Shown piece after piece: positions 52,001-59,788 of a stretch of DNA of 59,788 nt (positions are counted from its first letter, which is position 1; every line of letters begins with the position of its first letter). The notes under the pieces are model-generated. The model was not told the origin of the DNA. It was given only the letters and a program-made list of their open reading frames with translations, and did no database searches. This DNA comes from Vitrella brassicaformis CCMP3155 (lineage: Eukaryota; Protista; Chromerida), in NCBI GenBank assembly GCA_001179505.1, contig CDMY01000519.1, forward strand, positions 1-59,788, read 5' to 3'. The position numbers and the translations under genes were made by a program.

Positions 52001-53725
52001 GGCCGACGTGTTGCTGTTCGAGCATGAGTGGCACGTGGTAGATGTTGCTCACGTCGTGAACACTTATCACCTACAGGAAGGCACACGCACAACCGCCGAC
52101 AGCACAGCACAGCAGCATAGGATGCTCATGTGATGGCCGGCCACGGCCGTACGTGTAGATATATAGATGTATGGATGCCTTGCACGCCTACATGGTCTTT
52201 GGGGCATTGTCCGAAGAGTGCGATTTTGTGTCGTGCGGCCTCCCCCAGGGGCGCCTCGGACCGGCAGAAGATGAAATCGGGCTTCAAACCTGCCTGACGC
52301 AACTCCTGCACAGACAGACAGCACACACAAGTGTATTAACAAACAGCCAACCAGCCAGCCAGCCAGCCAGAGAGAAAGGGAAGGAAGAGTGTGACCAAAT
52401 GATTAGATCAGCACAATCGATGGGATGGAGTGTGTGGACGCACATGACATGACATGCACATTCCTCGCTGCAAGTGTACAGTTTGTGTGATTTCCTCACC
52501 CGGACGCTGTGTTGTGTGGGTTTGGTCTTCTGCTCGCCAACCACGCCCATCACCGGGACGAAGCCCACCTGGCACTGCACCAATCAACACAGCACACACA
52601 ACAGACACCAACAGACAGACAGACAGACAGGCAGACAGACAGACAGGGACGGAGCAGATAACATAATAACATCCATGACGCCACGTCATCGATCAAATGG
52701 CCGGCCCGGCCGGCCGGCAGGCGGGGTGGGTGGGTCGACACACACAAACAGATGCATGGCATGCAGGCATACATACATACATAACATACCAGGCAGAAGT
52801 TGTCGAGTCCCACTTTAAATGAGAACTGCTGCAGGGCCTCCAGGTACACCGAACTCTCTATGTCACCCACAGTACCTGCACACCACACCACAGCCAAACA
52901 CACACACACACACACACACATAGACAGTCCAGTCCAGTACCTGTGCAGTGCAGTGCAGTGCAGTGCAGTCTGTGTTTTGTGAGTGCAGTGCGTATGGCTA
53001 CCTGGCTGTCTGTCTGTCTGTCTGCCGGGTGTGTGTGTTTGGGTTGGGTGTGTTTGTTTGTTTGTTCGTACAGTACCTCCGACTTCGATGAGGCAGATGT
53101 CTGGTGGTCCCTTTTTGCGGTCGACTGGTAGGTGTGCTATCCTCTCGATCCACTCCTGTATGGCGTCTGTCACGTGCGGCACCACCTGCACTGTCTTGCC
53201 CAAATACTCACCCTTGCGCTCCTTCCTAAACACACACACATACACACATGCATGGCATGCAGCCAGGAGTCAGTGGTGGGTTCGGGGTGTGCTTAGTGGG
53301 TAGGTAGGTGGCTAACTAATGAGTGCCTCCCTCCCTGGCCTCCCCTCCCTCACTCGATGACTTGTTGGTATATCTTGCCGGTGGTGATGTTGTGCTCGCG
53401 AGTCAGAGTGATGTCCAGAAACCTCTCGTAATTGCCTGTGGCGCCGGGCCGGTCGGATGGATGGATGGATGGATGGATACCCACACACAACCAACCAACC
53501 AGACAGGAAGCCACCCATGCCGTGCCGTGCGTGTGGTGCACACCACCGGCTATGCTGCATATGTGGATGGGTGGGGTGACTGACTGCGTATATATATAAT
53601 AAAGTGTGTGTAGTGACTGTACCCACCTAGGTCAAGGTCGACTTCCCCTCCGTCCTCCAGCACATACACCTCACCGTGCTCATAAGGCGACATCGTACCC
53701 GCATCGATATTCTGATACACACACA

Positions 53726-53762
<37 letters not shown>

Positions 53763-54183
53763 GCAGGCAGGCAGGCAAACAGGGAGCATTGCAACCCAGA
53801 GAGAGAAGTCTGCTGTCTGTCTGTGTATGTGTTGGTCTGTCTGAGGCTGCATCCATACGCACGAGGTATGGGTCGATTTTGATGGATGTGACCCTGAGTC
53901 CCAGTGACTTGAGGACCACACCCAGGCTGCTGATGGTCGTGCCCTTGCCCAGACCACTCAATGTGCCCTGCACGGATGCATACCACACCAGACACACACA
54001 CACACACAGAGAGATCTGACTGATGCAGCATATATCCATTCCATTCATGTGCATCACATCAAGTCGGTCCTCACTGTGTGGCTTACTCACCCCCGTGATG
54101 ACGAGGTACTTGACTGGCCTCTTGTCATCGTTGAGGCCGTCCTCCTGCCGGTGGAACGACGGATCTCCATTCAACACCGGCAT
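49099..54183 (-). CDS. CTPS: CTP synthase
   Basis: KYLVITG|..SGLGKG, IKIDPYL|[71 protein letters not shown] (Cys), [26 protein letters not shown]. Confidence 0.97.
50035..50334. other. Assembly gap (300 N) after a long G-run, apparently inside a CTPS intron
   Basis: N run; the flanking exons join in frame (DTTQK|VVVFMPE). Confidence 1.
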
Positions 54184-54521
54184 CTTGCACACATGCACAC
54201 AACGAACGAACGCCTCCCTGCCCACTGATCGTATGGAGTGGACAACAGCTGCTTAGATCGACACGTCAGCAATAAACGCTCTGCTCCCTCGTAAAACAGT
54301 TCGACCAATGGTCGATCGCATCTGTCCGAGTGTTTCTCCGGTTCTCTGGCTTGGACAGAGGCCCAAAGCCACCGAAGACAGCGTGTTACAGCAGCCTTGA
54401 GAGGTAAGAAGCGGCTTCAGTGGTGAATGAATGCCATCGATGCGAATGCGATGAATGTCAATGCCACAGGAGATCTGGGTAGTGTGGCTTGCAAGACACA
54501 GGGAGGACGCCCGCACGCACC

Positions 54522-56878
54522 ATGGCTGACGTGACAAGGATGACGAGTGCCCTTAACCTGGGGTGAGTGAGTGAGCAGTAGTAATGTCAATTGCAATTTA
54601 TCTGCCTGCTGTGCTGGGCTTTGTGTGTGCGCACGCAGGAGGCGGCTGCCGCCCCAGAATGTGGAGAAGACAGTCATCGGCCTCGGTAGCCTGCCAGCCA
54701 GCCACATGGATACACACATACGTGCAATGCAAACAAACATTAGTTAATGGAATAAAGACACACAGCGAACCGAACCGCCCGCCCCATTTTGGTCTGTCTG
54801 TGTGTCTGTGTGGTGTGGGTGTGCGGTGTGGATGTGTGTGATTGGCAGTTCGTATGGTGCCGTCCCTGGCAGAGGAGCTGTTGCAGCGCATCGACCGACC
54901 GCTCAAAGTCAAACTGGACACCGACGTACGTACGCCACGCGGCAGCGTACAATGAGATCCCAATAGCCGCCATTCTTTCATCCGCCCATCCCATCCACGC
55001 TGTGCTGTGCTGTTTGTGTGTGTGCGCAGCAGCAGATGTACTTCGTAGCCAGCGATTACAACCGGGAAGGCAACTCATTCAGGTGAGGGAGTAAGTGTAT
55101 GACTTGCGAGCGGAGGGGGGAAGGGTGGCGATAAATGCACTCACTGCACAGCACAGCACAGCACTGCTTTGTTGTTGGTTTGATGCACTGCCTTGCAGGT
55201 CCCCGTGGTCTAACCAGTACTATCCGCCCCTCCCTGACGCCGACAAAGCAGAGGCATTCTACCCGTACGCAGGCACAGTGCATCACATCAACGCAATACA
55301 CACACACACGTGGACACAGGGACCGCCTTCCCTTTGTCCCTTTGTCCCTCCCTCCCTGCCTCAGTTCAGAGCACATGCGGAAGCAGGAGGTGCTCTTCAA
55401 TGAGGTCTTCGACGCATACAGGCACAGGCAAGCTATACACACACATACCAGTGAGTGCACCCCTGGGAGTGAAGGGCCTGGCGTGCGCGTGCGTATGTGT
55501 GTCACTCACTCACCCACTCACTCACTCACTCACTCACTCACTCATGTCTGTCTGTCTGTCTGTCTGTATGCATTCATTCATTCCCTGACTGACGCATCCA
55601 TCCGTTTATTTATCGGTGTGTCAGTTACTTTGGTGGCGGTGTGTCGTCTGTGTATTTGTGGGATCTCTCGGACGATGGATTCGCTGCTGCATTCTTCGTA
55701 CACAAAGGTAGGTAGGTTGGTAGGTAGGTAGTGGGTGGGTGGGACCAACAGGACAGGGGCACGGCACGCCCATTCATTCTTCCATCCATGCCATGCATCC
55801 CCAGGCTGGGCTGGCCATCCCACCCCTGTCCCTCTGTGTGTGTGTGTGTGTGTGTGTGATAGAGTCTGACAAGGGTGATGGCGACAGCACGGGCACCTGG
55901 GACTCTATACACGTAGCCGAAGTTGTCGAGGCGCAAAACGCTGGTCTGTCTGCACCTACATACCATCCGTGCACACAACAGAAAGAAAGCATCAAATTGG
56001 AATGAGTGCATGGCAGGCATGTGTGTGTCCGCCTTTGTGGTTTGTGTGGTGTGAGTATGTCAGCTCACTACAAGGTGACGTCGACTGTCATCTTGAGCAT
56101 ATCCGACACGGGCCCAGGCAGCAACTTCAGAATCGGCGGACAAATGACACGACAGGTAGGTGGGTAGGTACTACAGAATAGAATGGGCAGGCAGGCAGCT
56201 TTGAGATGACTGACGGGGCGGCTCTTATTCGCGTGCGACGGTGATATACAGATGTGTATGGTGTATGTGTGTGTTGGTTCACTCGAGTAGACGGAGGAGC
56301 ATCTCAAGATGGACGAGGCGGGATTCGTGAGCCACCTGACTCGACTCGGACCCATGGTAAGGAAGGAGAACTTACGCAGGCAAGCGCCGCGCCTTCATCA
56401 ATGTGTGGTGTGGATGGGGTGGATGTGTGGCTGGCCGGGTGCGGTGCCTGCCTGGATTGACCCGATCCGTCATTAATGCATGCATTGATCTATCTGTGGG
56501 TGTTGGTTCAGTTGGAGGGTGCCGAGGCACGACTGCGGAAAGACATTGACCAGGTCAGTCAGGTGTCTCTGGCGGGAGTGGATCCATGCGATGTGATTGA
56601 TGTCTGCATGGCATGGCATTCATATGTTCCAGCATGGCATGGCATGGCATGCAGTGTGGGTACTCACTGTGTGGTGGTGTCGTGTGCTGTTGTGTGTTGT
56701 GGTGTGTCCCCTGCCTGTCCTGCAGGTGTATGTGCACCGCACCCGTGAGTGTGTGAATGGTCTCCGGTCCCTCCAGCCCAACGCGCCCCCACAGGCCAAG
56801 GCCACCAGGGGCAAACACATGACCGAACTCGCTACCGTACTCGCCGCACAGAGCAAGAAGAAGACAGCCGACCAATGA
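54522..56878 (+). CDS. CAPZB: F-actin capping protein beta subunit
   Basis: ALNLGRRLPPQNVEK, VPSLAEELLQRIDRPLKV, SDYNREGNSFRSPWSNQYYPPL, TGTWDSIHVAEV. Confidence 0.93.
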
Positions 56879-57775
56879 ACCGACCGAACCATACGTGTGG
56901 TTGGTGCTTGTACAGACAGACAGACAGACAGACAGCGGTAGGCAGCATATGTACATGTTAGATATCCCCCCTGCAGCCAGCCGAGCAATGATTGATATGA
57001 ATGAGTGTGTACGGTACGTACCCACATACATGGATGGGATGAATGTGTGCGGCGGACGTCATGTGTGCTCAACGTGAGTGACGGCCTGGCCACCCACCGG
57101 TGTGGTGTGGTGTCTTCAGGAGAGAGAGGTTAGTTAGGTTGAAAGGAAGGCCTTAAGGGCCTTCCAGTGAGGGAGGGAGGGGTAGTTAAACCACCACCGA
57201 GTCATTGATTGCAGGCAAATAGGATGATAGAAGTCACGCACGCGTACACACACACATTCTCACAAATGGACACATTCTCTCTCATCGATAAGTCTTTTGT
57301 GTGACTGACAACTGTGATTGAAAACTCAAGATAGATACAACCAATCAAAATGTATACACGCACACGCCCACACGGATTGATGCTATGCGATCGCCATGCA
57401 CTGTGACCCACACACACCGACGACAGCCAGATTTCCCAGCTCTCCCACCCCTGTACACCCCCCACCAACGCAACGCACCCACCGCAGGTCAGTCAGTCAG
57501 TCAGTCATTCGGCGCGTCAGTCGAACACAGCCCGTCCCGACCCGTCCCGTCAACACATGTATCGATCGGTGCCAGCGTTTGTCTGTTGCCATGCCATCCA
57601 TCGATGCACCACGCGACGCGACCTGCAGGGGACCCGATCCCACACGAGGCGCGGCGCAATGAATGCATCGGTTGCGTTGTTTTCAAGTGGCTAGCTAACG
57701 ACAAAACCAGTCAGATAGTCAGATAGTCAGTATGGACGGGTCGGGCCGGTCGGACCCCCCAGATGTCTGTCCTGT

Positions 57776-59496
57776 CTAGGCCGGAGCGACGGTTTGTCCG
57801 TCGGGTTTGGTTTGCTTGGAGGCTCCAGTGGTCTGAATGGCGGCCAGGAGCTGGTGCAGCCACTTCTTCATCGCAGGGTCCTCTTGCAAACTGCGGGCAA
57901 ACGTCTGGTCCCTAGACATACATCCATCAATCGCACCACCACACACACGTGCCCATCCATGTCTGTCTGTCTGTGCTCCTGCGGGTAGGGGTGTGTGTTG
58001 GGTTGGCCTGCCTGCCTGCCTGCCTTACTTGAGGCTGTCTGGGAGGCACTGCCGCAACGCCTCGCGGGCCCTGCACACAGCACAGGGAGGGACACTCACG
58101 CACATGTATGAATGAATGAATGCATGGATGGATGGATGGCATGGGATGGATATCAAGCAAGCACGGTAACTAACAGCCATGTCATGTGTGAGTGTTGGTT
58201 CTTGTCTAGTCTTGTCTTGCCTGGGGTTTTCTGAGAGTCTGAGGTAGCATCTGACGATGTGTTTGAGGAGCCGCGCAGAGGGCAGATCCGCCAACGTAGA
58301 CACCATGTTGGCCAACACAGTGCTCACCTGAGGGATCAGATCAAACACATCACATGATGACATACACATCCGGACACAGACAGATGGGATGGGATGGCCA
58401 AGACAGTGAGGTTACTTACAGCATAGAATCGCTCTGCGGTGGCACATATGTAGCTAAGCCCCAGGTCGTCCAGCAGGATCTTCTGGACGATGAACGTAGC
58501 CACCTGCACACACACAGCGACCGACCGACAAATCCCATACACACGGCCTGGCCTGTAGCCGCCCACCAATCCATGCATCCAATGTGTCAGTACCCGCTCT
58601 CACCCCACCGCACCGTTTTTGAGAGTTCGCTGCCCGTTTCCATGATCCTGAGGCACAGTGGTATGATCTCCGTCTGCAGGAGGAAGTTGATCACACCCGG
58701 ATCGTCAACCTAACAAACAAAACAACCACACACACGGATCGGATCCATATGAATGCCATTGTGGGGATGGGTCAGCGAGTGCGGGCGTCCCGTCCCGCAG
58801 TGTGTGTGAAGGGAAGGTGCCTACCTTGACGAATGCGCCGATGACCCCGAGTGAGGTGAGTCGGAGGTACTCGAACGGCCGGCTCTTAGACACCGTGTTC
58901 AAAAACGGGTACAGAAACAACGGGATGTGCGCTGCAGTGCGCTCACACAATCGCACCACACACACATCCAATCCAGGTGGGTGCACATGGCCTGTCCGTC
59001 CCTCCCGCCCATCCAATCCAATCCACGACCCGACCACCGACCGTACCATTGAGGAAGAGTCTTCGTGTCTCAGGGTGGGATGCGACGCACTGAAGTAGGG
59101 CCAGGGAGTTGCACACACGGTTCGACGCCGGAGCAGTCAGGTTGGGCGGCGACAGCTGAGGACTGCACACAGACGGACGGCAAACACACACACAACAGCG
59201 CACACACCAAACATATGACAACAAAGGTGGCTCACAGGCCCGTCATGCGCTTCAGTTGATTCTCTCTCTGCTTGCGTGTTCCTTGCTTCCGCTGACTAGA
59301 TGGTGACGATTTCCTGTAGGAGTGCGGCGATGGTGCCGAATGAGTGCCAGAGGATGGGTGCGAGGTCGTTGAAGCTCTCGCGTCGCTTGCTGAGCTCCAG
59401 CAGGGCATTCTCCCGCTTGTCACTGTCGGTCAGGTCGCCCACCAGCTGGTAGATCTTCTCCCTCTCAGCCGCTGAAGGCTGACCTGCCCCGGCCAT
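57776..59496 (-). CDS. CNOT9: CCR4-NOT subunit 9 (RCD1/Caf40)
   Basis: [117 protein letters not shown]. Confidence 0.97.
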
Positions 59497-59788
59497 GCCA
59501 GATGCCAACCAACACAACAACTGATACGGCTAAGGAAGGAGGTTAAGGAAGGGGATCGCAGGGCATTAGCTCGCAGGTGCAAAGGCGTGGTAGTGTGAGG
59601 CTGAGGGCGATGGCGATATGAATGTGCGAAAAGGCCGGTGAGGACCTTTCCTGTAGTTAGCTGAATAGAGGATCTGCTGGGCGGTAAGTCCCAGAGTAAG
59701 AATGCTTTTACTTTAATAAGACCGATGGACTGGCCAATCAGTCAAAGTTGTTTCTGTCCATGTATGGCATCATGAAGGATGGTCAATA

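Larger units (their letters stand above)
1..59788. repeat. Dense intronic/UTR microsatellites: (CA)n/(GT)n, (GA)n, (CAGA)n/(TCTG)n, (CCAT)n/(GGAT)n, (CCAG)n, (GGCA)n, (TCAG)n; nearly absent ~27900-38400
   Basis: Seen directly, e.g. 198-225, 4990-5010, 5270-5325, 22970-22990, 23180-23240, 53715-53775. Confidence 0.95.

Noticed and set aside
59296-59298. Apparent in-frame TAG in CNOT9
   Set aside because: It is a split codon: TA|gtcagc...cag|T gives the conserved Tyr (IYPQLSPP).
1-59788. Hundreds of 60-250 aa six-frame ORFs (CVCVCV, THTHTH, QTDRQT)
   Set aside because: They are translations of intronic microsatellites or antisense shadows of real exons.
1-59788. tRNA, rRNA, snoRNA, CRISPR arrays, retroelement ORFs
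   Set aside because: None recognisable by eye; tRNAscan-SE and Infernal would be needed to exclude small RNAs.

Overview
Intron-rich eukaryotic nuclear DNA from a plastid-bearing alveolate, most likely the chromerid Vitrella brassicaformis. This is inferred from the microsatellite-filled short introns, an ISP-family gene and a nucleus-encoded Ycf39. I read 16 spliced genes in this order: cathepsin B(-), chimeric HslU/chromo-like/USP-fragment (pseudo)gene(+), USP10/Ubp3-like(-), F-box(-), GT90/CAP10(+), Ycf39-like(-), 2xLsrG(ABM)-Fe-ADH fusion(+), AFG2(-), RRP12(+), bacterial-type (methyl)citrate synthase(-), DRG1(+), ISP-like(-), COG3(+), CTP synthase(-), capping protein beta(+), CNOT9(-). 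There are two 300-N gaps, and no rRNA, tRNA, CRISPR array or transposase was seen. Main oddities: (1) a ~270-bp bidirectional promoter duplicated ATG-to-ATG in inverted orientation on either side of RRP12+citrate synthase, with a third partial copy making up most of an intron, inside a ~10-kb island that lacks the usual microsatellites; (2) a putatively plastid-targeted LsrG-LsrG-Fe-ADH fusion; (3) an HslU chimera with TAG at a conserved Trp; (4) introns with complementary (AC)n...(GT)n ends. All family calls come from motif recognition by eye. CDS coordinates are gene spans that include introns.
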